Of a stretch of 64,000 bases of DNA, positions 20,139 through 29,963 are shown piece by piece. The DNA lies in the NCBI GenBank assembly GCA_965206595.1, contig OZ242214.1, forward strand, positions 6,400,001 to 6,464,000, read 5' to 3'. A program made the position numbers and the translations under genes. Position 1 is the stretch's first letter. Every line of letters begins with the position of its first letter. The notes below the pieces were generated by a model that was not told the origin of the DNA, made no database searches, and was given only the letters and a program-made list of their open reading frames with translations. The stretch is from Candidatus Latescibacterota bacterium. Its GTDB lineage: Bacteria > Latescibacterota > UBA2968 > UBA8231.

Positions 20139-20700
20139 TCAGGAGCGGTCAACCCAGTGGCGGAAGAGCGGTCTCATCTCTGCGGGCAGCCGGTCGAACA
20201 CCTCGGCCGGAACCAGGGGACTACGTTCTCCGACAGCCCCCCGGCCCGGCGTCTCCCGAAGGGTTGTAGCCGAGCCGGTGGGATCCCGGCACCACGAGGG
20301 TGCCCGTATCCGCGGTGAATGGAGTGAGCATCCAGATCGTCCTCAGGTGCAGGTTCGCATCGGCGCACGGCGCCTGAACGTGCCCTGCCTTCTGTTGATT
20401 GAACGGCCAGTCGGCGTGCCAGGAGCCCCGTTCTCTCACCATGCAGGGGGGTTGTACGACACCCGCACGTGCTCCCCCAGGAGGGCCGGCCCAGCAGGCG
20501 AGACTCGGCGAGGTAGGGGGCCGAAGGACTGGTCGAAGTTGATCAGGCCGGACACCTTGTCGAGGCGGCTGCGCGGATCGTCGATCTTGCGGGCCGCGAC
20601 CGTGGCCAGGACGCTGCCCGCGCTCCCCGCCGACCGCGCCGGCCGGAATCACGCCTTCGAGCACGCAGAATCCGTCCTCGTCAATCCGGGTCCGGTGCGG
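20139..20700 (-). pseudogene. Degraded phytanoyl-CoA dioxygenase (PhyH) family gene
   Basis: Fragments DGFCVLEGVIP, WHADWPFNQ, IWMLTPFT..TGTLVVPGSHR and, in another frame, EVFDRLPAEMRPLFRHWVDRS*; the distal His region is missing. Confidence 0.7.
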
Positions 20701-20758
20701 GCGGGCGGTCACGGAATCCCTCGGCCTGGAGAACGAACAGCGGATTCCACGGGACGGG

Positions 20759-21781
20759 CTACCATGCGAGCCGCTGCGGCGCCCCGTCATCCTGCAAAGA
20801 TCGCTGCGCCGCCTCGAGCACCCGCACTACGCGCAGCCCGTCCCGCCCGTCGCTGCGCGGGGTTTTCCGTGAGCGAATGCAGTCGGCAAAATGCTGCGCC
20901 TCGAGGCGCAGGGGCTCGGCCATGTGGATGTGGGGGATCACGATGTCACCCAGCCGCAGGGTAATGGCATCGCCGTAGCTTTCGTACTCCTCGCGCTCGG
21001 CGGCCTTGTCGTAGATGCGCACCTTCTCGGTGCTCTCCATGTCGTCGAACACCGCCATTTTGCGGCTTCCCACGATCGTGAGCTTGCGGATCTTGTGCGG
21101 ATCGAGCCAAGACAGCTGCAGCTGCGCCATCTTCCCGTCGGGGAAATGCAGGTTGACGAAAACGACGTCCTCCACTCCCCGCCGCAGGTAGGACTCGCCG
21201 CGGGCGCTCACCGTGTCGGGGACCTGGCCCAGCAGGTAGAGCATCACCGACAGGTCGTGCGGCGCGAAGCTCCACAAGGCGTTCTCGTCGCGGCGCACGA
21301 TGCCGAGGTTCACCCGCTGCGAGTAGAGGTAGAATATCTCTCCCAGCTCCCCCCGGACGATCATCTCCTTGAGGAAATCTACCGCGGGGTGGTACTCCAG
21401 CAGGTGTCCGACCATCAGGGTGCGCCCCTGCCTTTCCCCCAGCTCCACCAGTTCTTCGGCCTCGCCGCTGGACAGGGTCATCGGCTTTTCGACGAACACG
21501 TGCTTGCCCGCCTCCAGTGCCGCCCTGGCCGCGGCAAAATGGCGTATCGCCGGCACCGCCAGCACCACTGCCTCCACTTCGCCGTCGGCCAGCACCTCGT
21601 CGTACGACGACGCCACCTCAGTATCCGGGTACTGCGCTCGCATCCCCTTGCGGATATCGGCATTGGCGTCGCAGACGGTCTTCAAACGGATATCGGGAAT
21701 GCTGTCGAAAACCCGCACAAGGTTCCTGCCCCAGTAACCGGCTCCCACGCAGGCCAGCGTCGTCCGATCCCCTGCACTCAC
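20759..21781 (-). CDS. Gfo/Idh/MocA family oxidoreductase
   Basis: VGAGYWGRN, GKHVFVEKPM, WSFAPHD. Confidence 0.92.
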   Translation of the reverse strand: MSAGDRTTLACVGAGYWGRNLVRVFDSIPDIRLKTVCDANADIRKGMRAQYPDTEVASSYDEVLADGEVEAVVLAVPAIRHFAAARAALEAGKHVFVEKPMTLSSGEAEELVELGERQGRTLMVGHLLEYHPAVDFLKEMIVRGELGEIFYLYSQRVNLGIVRRDENALWSFAPHDLSVMLYLLGQVPDTVSARGESYLRRGVEDVVFVNLHFPDGKMAQLQLSWLDPHKIRKLTIVGSRKMAVFDDMESTEKVRIYDKAAEREEYESYGDAITLRLGDIVIPHIHMAEPLRLEAQHFADCIRSRKTPRSDGRDGLRVVRVLEAAQRSLQDDGAPQRLAW

Positions 21782-23082
21782 AGCCCCCTCACTTTCGCCG
21801 CTTCCCCGAGCGGTCCCAGGACGTTGCGGGTATCGACGATCAGTTGCGCCTTGCAGGCAACACGGCTCCAGTCGCAGGCCGAGTGCGCCGTCACTATCAC
21901 GACGCAGTCGGCCGCCTCGAGCTCCTCTCCCTCCAGCTCGACGGAGGCGAGATCTTCCCCGTATTCAACGGAGAGCCTGGGGACGTGCGGGTCGTGGTAG
22001 GACACCTCCGCTCCCCTGCGCCGCAGCAGCTCGATGATGCGCACTGCGGGACTCTCGCGGACGTCGTCGACATCCGCCTTGTAGGCGACGCCTATGACCA
22101 GGATCTGCGACCCCTTCACCGCCCGCCTCTCGTCGTTGAGGGCGCCGGCGACCTTCTCCAGAACGTGATGCGGCATGTGCGCGTTCACCTTGTCCGCGAG
22201 ATCGATGAATCTCGTCTCGTAGTCCAGGCTGCGCATCTTCCAGGAGAGGTACAGCGGGTCGATGGGCAGGCAGTGTCCCCCCAGCCCGGGACCGGGGGAG
22301 AACTGCATGAAGCCGAACGGCTTGGTCGCCGCGGCCTCGATGATCTCCCAGACGTCGAGCCCCAGCCGGTCGCAGATCAGGGCGATCTCGTTGACCAGTC
22401 CGACATTTACGGAGCGGTAGGTGTTCTCCAGCAGCTTGACCATCTCCGCGGCGGCAGGAGAGGAGACCGGGACGACGACCTCGACCGCGTGCTTGTAGAG
22501 AGCCGCAGCCGCGGCGCTGCACTTCGGGGTCAGTCCTCCGATCACCTTGGGGGTGTTCCGCGTAGTCCAGCGCCGATTTCCCGGATCGACACGTTCCGGC
22601 GAGAAGGCGAGAAAGAAATCCTCGCCAGGCAGGGCGCCATCGACGCACAGCCTCGGGAGGATCAATTCCTCCGTCGAACCCGGGTACGTCGTGCTCTCGA
22701 GAACGACGAGCATTCCCGGGTGCGTGTAGCGCGCGATCTCGTCGCAGGCGGAAACTATGTAGGAGATGTCCGGGGCCTTCGTCTTGCTCAGCGGCGTGGG
22801 AACGCAGATGCAGACGCAATCCACCTCCTTGAGCACGCTGAAATCGGTGCCTGCCGAGAGCATTCCGGCGTCGACCAGCCGTTTGAGCTCGCCGCCGGCC
22901 ACCTCGGACACGTAGGAATCGCCGGCGTTGACTCGACCAGCCCTTTCCGGGTCGACGTCGATGCCGAAGGTGCGGATGCCGCCGCGTGCGAACTCCACCG
23001 AGAGCGGCAGGCCGACGTAGCCTATGCCGAGAACGGCCAGCCGCGCTTCCCGGCGTTCGATCTTTTCGATCAGGGCGCTCAT
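21778..23082 (-). CDS. Nucleotide-sugar (UDP-GlcNAc/ManNAc type) dehydrogenase
   Basis: GIGYVGLPL, CVPTP, ESTTYPG, SPERVDPG, KLLENTYR, PGPGLGGHCLPIDP, GVAYK..DVRESP. Confidence 0.93.
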   Translation of the reverse strand: MSALIEKIERREARLAVLGIGYVGLPLSVEFARGGIRTFGIDVDPERAGRVNAGDSYVSEVAGGELKRLVDAGMLSAGTDFSVLKEVDCVCICVPTPLSKTKAPDISYIVSACDEIARYTHPGMLVVLESTTYPGSTEELILPRLCVDGALPGEDFFLAFSPERVDPGNRRWTTRNTPKVIGGLTPKCSAAAAALYKHAVEVVVPVSSPAAAEMVKLLENTYRSVNVGLVNEIALICDRLGLDVWEIIEAAATKPFGFMQFSPGPGLGGHCLPIDPLYLSWKMRSLDYETRFIDLADKVNAHMPHHVLEKVAGALNDERRAVKGSQILVIGVAYKADVDDVRESPAVRIIELLRRRGAEVSYHDPHVPRLSVEYGEDLASVELEGEELEAADCVVIVTAHSACDWSRVACKAQLIVDTRNVLGPLGEAAKVRGL

Positions 23083-24050
23083 GGAGCCGTTCTCCAGATC
23101 CAGTCGCCGGCGCTTCTGCCTTCGTTTCTGTACCAGGTAACGGTGCGCTCGATTCCCTCGCGCGCCGGAACGCGGGGCACGTACCCCAGCATTCGGCGCG
23201 CCTTGTCGATGCCGGCGAGGGAGCGCCTGATGTCGCCGGGACGTTCCGGTCCGTGACGGATGTCTCCCTCTGTCTGCAGCAGTTCCCTGAGGATTTCGAC
23301 CACCTCGTTCAGGCTGGTGGTAGCGCCGCACCCCACGTTGAAGACCTCCCCGCTGACCCCCTCGGCTTCCAGGGCCCTGGTGTTCGCGTCGACTACGTTC
23401 TTGACGTAGGTGAAGTCCCGCGCAAAGGTGCCGTCGCCGTTGATGGTCAGCGGCCTGCCCTCGATCAGCCCCACCGTGAAGATGGCGATGACCGCGGCGT
23501 ACGCGGAGCCGGGATCCATACCGGGGCCGAAAGCGTTGAAATACCTCAGGGACACCGTTTCGAGACCGTACAGCTGCGAAAAAACCCGGCAGTAGAACTC
23601 GCCCGTCAACTTGGAAACCGCGTACGGAGAAATCGGCTTCGGCACCATGTCCTCGGTGTTCGGCACGGTCTCGGTGTCGCCGTACACCGAGCAGGAAGAG
23701 GCGTTGACGAGCCGTTTCACCCCGGCATCCCGCGCCGCCTCGAGCAGGTTGAGGGTGCCGCCGACGTTGACGTCGTTGGTGGTAACCGGATCCTCCACCG
23801 ACTGCGGCACCGACGGCACCGCCGCCTGGTGGAGGACGAAGTCGACCCCGTCGACCGCTTCGCGCACGGTCCGCCGGCTGCGCAGGTCTCCCCCGACGAT
23901 CTCGATCCCGCCGGCGAACGGCTCGATGCGTTCCTGCCTGCCGGAAGAGAAATTGTCGAGGACGCGGACGCGGTGTCCTTTCGCCAGCAGCTCCTCGACC
24001 AGGTGTGAACCGATAAACCCGGCGCCCCCGGTTACCAGTGTCGACGTCAT
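23079..24050 (-). CDS. NAD-dependent epimerase/dehydratase (extended SDR)
   Basis: VTGGAGFIGSH, HQAAVPSVP, YAVSK, RYFNAFGP. Confidence 0.93.
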   Translation of the reverse strand: MTSTLVTGGAGFIGSHLVEELLAKGHRVRVLDNFSSGRQERIEPFAGGIEIVGGDLRSRRTVREAVDGVDFVLHQAAVPSVPQSVEDPVTTNDVNVGGTLNLLEAARDAGVKRLVNASSCSVYGDTETVPNTEDMVPKPISPYAVSKLTGEFYCRVFSQLYGLETVSLRYFNAFGPGMDPGSAYAAVIAIFTVGLIEGRPLTINGDGTFARDFTYVKNVVDANTRALEAEGVSGEVFNVGCGATTSLNEVVEILRELLQTEGDIRHGPERPGDIRRSLAGIDKARRMLGYVPRVPAREGIERTVTWYRNEGRSAGDWIWRTAP

Positions 24051-25027
24051 TCCGTTCCTCGTTTTTTCGTTGCCGGACATCCCTTTTTCGAAGTGCAGGC
24101 CGTTGGGTGGGCCTCCATCCACGCCCGGGTCCTTTCAAGACCTTCGCGGAGGTCCACCGATGGTTTCCAGCCTGTGAGAGCCGCGGCCTTGGAGCCGTCC
24201 CCCACCATCCCCGAGGGCTCGCCCGAGGGATGCTCAGGCTCCCGGGTGGCCACCCGGTCTCCGGCGATCATTTCCGCCAGCTCCCCGAGGCGCACCCCGC
24301 GGCCGCTGGCGGCGTTGAGCACCTCTCCCTCGCAGCGCCGCGAGAGCCCGGCCTCGGCTATCAGGGCGGCGCAGTCTTCCACGTACACGAAATCCCGGGT
24401 CTCCATCCCGTCCCCGCCAAGGACCAGGGATTCACCCGCCATCGCCCGCCGTTGCAGGCGAGCGACCACGCCGCCTTCCCCCTCGCCCCTCTGGAAGGGC
24501 CCGTAGATGTCGAACGGCCGCACGACGACGACGGGATGGCGGTAAGCCCGGTGGTATCCGAGGCAAAGGTTTTCGGCCGCCAGCTTGCATGCGGCGTACG
24601 GGGATCCGGGGGCCGGGGGATGATCCTCGGCAATGGCCCAACCGCCATCGCAGACCCGGGAGGTGCTGACCAAAACCATTTTGCAGTCGTACTCGCGGCA
24701 CATTTCGAGCAGCCGCATGGTGCCGCCAACGACGCAGTCGAAGGTCTCCTGCGGTTCTTCGAGCGACTTCCGAGCATCGGTTCCGGAGGCGAGATGAAAG
24801 CAGCACTCGAGGCCGCGGAAGAAAAGCTCGTACAAAGTTCCGGGATTCCGGACGTCCCCCCGGATCAGCCCCTCGAATCCGGGACGGCCGGAGAACTCGG
24901 CGAGGTTGGCGCGGCACCCCCCCGACAGATTGTCGAGGACGATGACCCGCTTGCCGCGTTGCAGCAACCCGGAAACCAGCCAGCGACCGATGAATCCGGC
25001 CCCGCCGGTTACCAGACAGAGTCCCAT
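24047..25027 (-). CDS. NAD-dependent epimerase/dehydratase (divergent copy)
   Basis: VTGGAGFIG, YAACK, RPFDIYGP, RDFVYVED. Confidence 0.85.
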   Translation of the reverse strand: MGLCLVTGGAGFIGRWLVSGLLQRGKRVIVLDNLSGGCRANLAEFSGRPGFEGLIRGDVRNPGTLYELFFRGLECCFHLASGTDARKSLEEPQETFDCVVGGTMRLLEMCREYDCKMVLVSTSRVCDGGWAIAEDHPPAPGSPYAACKLAAENLCLGYHRAYRHPVVVVRPFDIYGPFQRGEGEGGVVARLQRRAMAGESLVLGGDGMETRDFVYVEDCAALIAEAGLSRRCEGEVLNAASGRGVRLGELAEMIAGDRVATREPEHPSGEPSGMVGDGSKAAALTGWKPSVDLREGLERTRAWMEAHPTACTSKKGCPATKKRGTE

Positions 25028-25190
25028 TCCGCCCGTCTGCGCGGATCGGCCCCGGCTGACAACGGCAGCCGTAAGATGCCCTTTCTCCCGCCCTCCGGTT
25101 TGATGATGTCTCGCCGAGTAATTAGAATTTTCCGCGTTTTCAGATTACTGTATCATTCAAAAATACATAAACTTGCGAGAATTTCACCCC

Positions 25191-26681
25191 ATGCCGAACC
25201 GCATCCGCAAAACCATGCGGAAGAACGGCCTGCCCCTGGCAGCGGCCGCTTTCGCCCTCGTCCTGCTCGTCGATCCACCCGCCCAGGCCGCGCCCCTCTC
25301 GCTGCGGGAATGCATGGATCTCGCGACCAGAAAGAATCTCGGGTACCTCAGCGACCTTCGCGATGTCGAGGCCACCCGGGAGCAGCTGCGCCAGGCGCGC
25401 TCCCAATTCGGGCTGGGCATCGACGCTTCCTTCGACCTGCCTACCTATACGGAGAGCCGCCAGCTCCAGGACAACGTCGCCCTGATCCAGAGAGTCCGTG
25501 AAGAGAACACCAATATGGTATACCGGGGCCGGACGACCTTGTCGCAACAGGTTCCTCAGGTCGGCAGGTTCAGTGTCACCGCCGCCGGCTCGCGCCAGGA
25601 TTTCAGCTCCAACCGCCGCTTGGACCGGCGCGAGTTCATCGGCGATCTCCAGGTCGCGTACACGCGCGACCTCCTGTTCACACCGGCCGCGGAAATCCAG
25701 CTGCAACAGGCCCAACTCGGGCTCTCGATCAGCCGATCCAACCTGTACCGCCGTGAGCTCCAGCTCGAGGAGCGGGTCACCAACTCCTTCTACGACCTCG
25801 TACAGGCGATGCGCGAGCTCGAGATCCAGAAGCAGCGGCTCGAGCAGTCGACGGCGGCCCTCGATCTCGCCCTGCGCAAGTTCGAGATCGGGCTCATCGC
25901 CGAAGTGGAGGCGCTCCGCCTCAAGGTCGAGAAGCTCAGGGCGGAGGCGGAATTCACCAGGGCGCAGACGCAGATCGAAAGCCAGCGCGACCGCTTGCGG
26001 GAGATACTCGGGATCGAGATGGACGAACCGCTCGAGGTGCTGACCGCGGTCGATCACCAAGTGGTGCCGATCGCCGAAGGACCGGCCGTCGAGATCGGAC
26101 TGCGCCGGCGCAGCGACCTGCGCCAGGCGGAGTGGTCGCGTCGCTCCTCGGAGCTCTCGCTCAGGGATCTCGAGCAGCAGCTGGGCCCGACTGCGCAGCT
26201 GACCACGCGGCTGACGCTGCTGGGACAGGGCCCGGAGGCTAGCGACATCAGCAGTACCTTCGAGCGCAGTTTTGTCGAAGCAGGCATCCGCATGGAACTG
26301 CCGCTCGTCGACGGTGGGGAGCGGCGCGCCCGCGTGCGCAGGGCGGAGATCGACCTGGAGAAATCACAGCTGAACCAGAAGTCGGTCGAGCGCGGGATCG
26401 TGCGCGAAATCCGCGACGCCGTGCGCACCGTCGGCGAAGCGAAACAGCAGATCGAGCTGGGACGGGAAGAGCTGGAAGTCGCCGAACGGACCTACGACGT
26501 GGAGCGCAGCCGTTTCGAGTTGGGGCTTGCCGACAGCCAGGAACTGCTGCAGGCGCAGACAACCCTGACCCAGGCACGGCTGGACGGGCTGCGCGAGGCG
26601 ATAGACTACCAGCGCGCGCTCGCCGGTCTGCGGGTCGCCACCATGGCCGACCTCGCGGAGTTGAGCGCGCCGGGGGAGTAG
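25191..26681 (+). CDS. TolC family outer membrane protein
   Basis: Signal peptide, LSLRECMDLATRKN, two helical repeats ending KFEIGLIA and RFELGLAD. Confidence 0.88.
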   Translation: MPNRIRKTMRKNGLPLAAAAFALVLLVDPPAQAAPLSLRECMDLATRKNLGYLSDLRDVEATREQLRQARSQFGLGIDASFDLPTYTESRQLQDNVALIQRVREENTNMVYRGRTTLSQQVPQVGRFSVTAAGSRQDFSSNRRLDRREFIGDLQVAYTRDLLFTPAAEIQLQQAQLGLSISRSNLYRRELQLEERVTNSFYDLVQAMRELEIQKQRLEQSTAALDLALRKFEIGLIAEVEALRLKVEKLRAEAEFTRAQTQIESQRDRLREILGIEMDEPLEVLTAVDHQVVPIAEGPAVEIGLRRRSDLRQAEWSRRSSELSLRDLEQQLGPTAQLTTRLTLLGQGPEASDISSTFERSFVEAGIRMELPLVDGGERRARVRRAEIDLEKSQLNQKSVERGIVREIRDAVRTVGEAKQQIELGREELEVAERTYDVERSRFELGLADSQELLQAQTTLTQARLDGLREAIDYQRALAGLRVATMADLAELSAPGE

Positions 26682-26685
26682 GTCT

Positions 26686-27174
26686 TCAGCTGTCGTCGTT
26701 CGAATCCATCAGGGGATGGCTGAACTCCTCGTCCTCGCCGAAAATCATGCGCCGCGGCCTCAGGCGGGTGTAGTTCGGGATCTGATTCTTCTCTTCGGCT
26801 TCCTGGCAAGCGACGCACAGGCGTGCGGTCGGCAGGGCGTTGAGCCGCAGGGGCGGGATAAGCGGGCAGGTCGGGCACAACTCAAGCGGGGTCTCCAGAC
26901 AGGCCTCGCACTTTCCGTAGGTGTTGGTTTCGAGCTTTTCGAGGGCGAGGGTGATCTCCTCCAGCTCGCGGCGCTCCGTATCTCCCAACGCGACCAGCAG
27001 CTCCATGGTTCCCGCTTCCACGGCGCGGTCGAGATCGTCCGCCTTGGGATCCTGCAGGTGGTCGATTTCGGTCTCGTTTCCCTGCAGATCGGCGATCAAC
27101 TCGGCGCGGCGATCGAGAAGCTGCTTCTTCATCTTCTGGCGTTCTTTTTTGTTAAGCGCCGTTTTTTCAACCAT
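26686..27174 (-). CDS. DksA/TraR family transcription factor
   Basis: Coiled coil with DDLDRA (DxxDxA) tip, TYGKCEAC...RLNALPTARLCVAC. Confidence 0.88.
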   Translation of the reverse strand: MVEKTALNKKERQKMKKQLLDRRAELIADLQGNETEIDHLQDPKADDLDRAVEAGTMELLVALGDTERRELEEITLALEKLETNTYGKCEACLETPLELCPTCPLIPPLRLNALPTARLCVACQEAEEKNQIPNYTRLRPRRMIFGEDEEFSHPLMDSNDDS

Positions 27175-27320
27175 CCTGTTCTCCCCTGGAGGCCCCGCGG
27201 TTCCCTGCGGGGCGTGAATCGTGGGCGAGCGCCCGGGATCCGCCCGTCGCTCGCGAAGTTCCAGCGGTCCCTGTTTGCCGGAACTGGCCAGATCCATTCG
27301 ATACTCTGATTTTTTCGAGC

Positions 27321-28073
27321 TCAATCCCGAAGGCGGCGAAGCTTGTCGCGCAACGAGGCGGCGAGCTCGAATTTCTCTTCCTCTACCGCTGCCCGAAGAT
27401 CGGCATCGAGCCTCTCTCTCCGGCTCAAGGGCCGGTTCCCTTCCACTTCCTTTTCCCACTTTCTGAGAAACTGCAGTTCCTCGCATTCATCCTGGCCGGG
27501 TTCTCCCTGGGCCTCCAGGAGCTGCTCGATCTCTCCGATTCCCCCGCGAATCTCCTGCAGCGCATCCCCGTGCTCCTTCTCCTCGAGCAGCTGCAGGGCA
27601 CGTGCCTGGATTCGGTGCGTGGTTACGAAAACCCGGTACTGATCGGAAATCCGGCGGTCCTCTTCATGTTCGGCGTACTGCTGGCACATGTCGAGAATAC
27701 CGAGATTGTGCTCGGCGTCCTCCTCGGCCCGCTCGTATTCCTTGAGCTCGAAAAAGCTGATGCGCCGCCAGTAGTACTGCATCGCCTCCCGGCTCAGGGC
27801 CCAGCAGTCCTCCCGCGACAACGAGAAGCCGCGCTTGCCGCCGCCCCTGACCGCCTCCCGCAGCTTGCCCTGGTAATAGCTGAGAAGGGAGCGACTGTTG
27901 TGGGGCCGGGACCCGTCCGGACGATCCGTCCACTCCAGCTGCATCAGCCCAAGGTCGACGCGAATCTGGATCTTGCGTCTGCGGTCGCTCCCGTCAAGGG
28001 CGCGAACGATGAGTTCTCCCGGCTTGTAGTTCCAGGCCTCGAGTATGCTGCTGATGTCCTTGTCCCTGATCAC
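27321..28073 (-). CDS. UVR (UvrB/UvrC motif) domain protein of unknown function, copy 1
   Basis: KIQIRVDLGLMQL..RPDGSRPH; C-terminal LRAAVEEEKFELAASLRDKL. Confidence 0.8.
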   Translation of the reverse strand: MIRDKDISSILEAWNYKPGELIVRALDGSDRRRKIQIRVDLGLMQLEWTDRPDGSRPHNSRSLLSYYQGKLREAVRGGGKRGFSLSREDCWALSREAMQYYWRRISFFELKEYERAEEDAEHNLGILDMCQQYAEHEEDRRISDQYRVFVTTHRIQARALQLLEEKEHGDALQEIRGGIGEIEQLLEAQGEPGQDECEELQFLRKWEKEVEGNRPLSRRERLDADLRAAVEEEKFELAASLRDKLRRLRD

Positions 28074-28180
28074 GTCGGGATTCGTTTCGGTGAAGCTGCC
28101 GGAGGAAGGGGGGGCGAAGGCAGGCAACGGATCGATTTTTGGCAAAAGGCCGGCCAGTATAGAGCCCCCCTGGCACCTTG

Positions 28181-29023
28181 TCAACTTCCAGGGGGAGATT
28201 CCGTCCCATCCGGGCCGGCCCGGATCTCCTCTACGATGGCCAGCAGTTCCTTCTCCAGGCTCGCGGTCGAGGGCTTGTCGAGGCGGTCTCGAATGACAGG
28301 AAGGGCCTGGTCGCCGACCATCACCAGCGAGGAGTGGGCTAGGGCCCTCTCACGAGGAGTGGTCTCTTCGGCGCGGCCCGGGCTCTCCACCTGGGTACCG
28401 AACATCGTGATCCGCGGCATACTCTCCCCGAACATTCCGGTGGCCAGACCCGGATCTCCGAACAGCTCCATCGGCCCGCGCAGCGAATCGCGAAGAGCGG
28501 CGAGGTCGGTCTCCTCACCGGTGAAGACCCCCTTGGGAGAGCGCCGTTCTTCCTGCAGCATCAGCACGTCGTAGTAGACCAGGGCATTGACGAGGATGTC
28601 CGCGGCCTCGGTTCCTCCGAGCTGCCCCAGCACCGGGATGGCCGCCATGCGCAACTCGACGTTGGGATCGTTCAGGGAGCGATCGAGCAGTTTCCCGATC
28701 GGCTTGACGGCGCTGCGGTCTCCGATCTTCCCGAGCGAGACCATGGCCGTCCCCTTGAGGGTGGTTCGCTGATCGTACTCACCCAGCACCCCGATCAGGG
28801 CCTGGACCGCGGCGGGCTCCCCGATTTCCCCGAGCACCTCCGCGGCCTTCCGGCGCGTCGCGTAGGGATAGTCCGGGCGCGAAACGATCTCAATCAGCTT
28901 GTCGAGCTTTTTCGTGTCTCCCGCTTCGTACGCCTTGTGCATGCGGGATACGTTGCTGCATGAAAGCAGAAAGCAGACCGCCGGGACGACGGCCAGCGAG
29001 GTTGTTGCTGGCAGCAAGCGCAT
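28181..29023 (-). CDS. HEAT-repeat lipoprotein
   Basis: Lipobox FLLSC; repeats RRKAAEVLGEIG, TAMVSLGKIG, AAIPVLGQLG. Confidence 0.8.
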   Translation of the reverse strand: MRLLPATTSLAVVPAVCFLLSCSNVSRMHKAYEAGDTKKLDKLIEIVSRPDYPYATRRKAAEVLGEIGEPAAVQALIGVLGEYDQRTTLKGTAMVSLGKIGDRSAVKPIGKLLDRSLNDPNVELRMAAIPVLGQLGGTEAADILVNALVYYDVLMLQEERRSPKGVFTGEETDLAALRDSLRGPMELFGDPGLATGMFGESMPRITMFGTQVESPGRAEETTPRERALAHSSLVMVGDQALPVIRDRLDKPSTASLEKELLAIVEEIRAGPDGTESPPGS

Positions 29024-29059
29024 CGGGGATATTCTCCCCCCCTTTCGGAGCATAGAATC

Positions 29060-29866
29060 GTGATGAACCAGACGTCTGTACACAATCGCCAACCCATTCC
29101 GGGAGTTAAAGATATGGTCGCGGTATCGAGCGGCAAGGGGGGCGTCGGCAAGTCGACGATCGCGACCAATCTCGCTGTCGCCATTGCCGCCGAGGGGGCC
29201 GCGGTGGGGCTGATCGACTCCGACATATACGGCCCCAACGTTCCGGAAATGCTCGGCCTCGAAGGCCGCCCGGCCGTCGACCCCGGAAGCAACCGGATCA
29301 GACCGGCAAGCGCGCACGGGATAAAGGTGATCTCCATGGGAATGCTGATCGATCCCGGAGTTCCCGTGATCTGGCGCGGGCCGATGCTGGCGAAAATGAT
29401 GAATCAGTTTCTCTTCCAGGTCGACTGGGGGGATATCGACGTCATGCTGCTGGACCTGCCCCCGGGAACCGGGGATGTGCAGATCACGCTGACCCAGATC
29501 GCGCCCCTCACCGGGGCCGTCATCGTCACAACTCCGTCGGAGATCGCGCTGGAAGACGTGCGCCGCGGGGTGCTGATGTTCCGCCAGACCGACGTTCCTC
29601 TGCTCGGACTGATCGAGAACATGTGCGAGTTCGCCTGCGATCACTGCGGCCATCGCACCAACCTGTTCGGCGAGGGAGGCGGCAGGAAGCTCGCCGCGGC
29701 CTTCGGCATCGACCTGTTGGCTCAGTTGCCTCTCGATCCCCGCGTAGGCCAGTGTTCCGATGAGGGAACCCCGTTCGCCGCGGCGTACCGAGACGACCCG
29801 ACGAGCGAGCTGTTTCGGAAGACCGCGAGGTCCCTCTTGGAACGCCTGGGGGAATCGAAGGTATAG
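29060..29866 (+). CDS. apbC: Mrp/ApbC/NBP35 Fe-S carrier ATPase
   Basis: SGKGGVGKST, DSDIYGPN, WRGPM, DLPPGTGD, ENM..F.CDHC. Confidence 0.93.
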   Translation: MMNQTSVHNRQPIPGVKDMVAVSSGKGGVGKSTIATNLAVAIAAEGAAVGLIDSDIYGPNVPEMLGLEGRPAVDPGSNRIRPASAHGIKVISMGMLIDPGVPVIWRGPMLAKMMNQFLFQVDWGDIDVMLLDLPPGTGDVQITLTQIAPLTGAVIVTTPSEIALEDVRRGVLMFRQTDVPLLGLIENMCEFACDHCGHRTNLFGEGGGRKLAAAFGIDLLAQLPLDPRVGQCSDEGTPFAAAYRDDPTSELFRKTARSLLERLGESKV

Positions 29867-29963
29867 CGGGGCGGGATGAAGGTAGCCCCGCCTGATTGTT
29901 CGCCTCGGGTCGCAGCCGGGCACATCAGACTTCTGCGCCCGATCACCGTGCAGATCGTCGGCT

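Noticed and set aside
19764-20760. Integrative element at tRNA-Met
   Set aside because: No integrase and no duplicated tRNA 3' end seen in the window.
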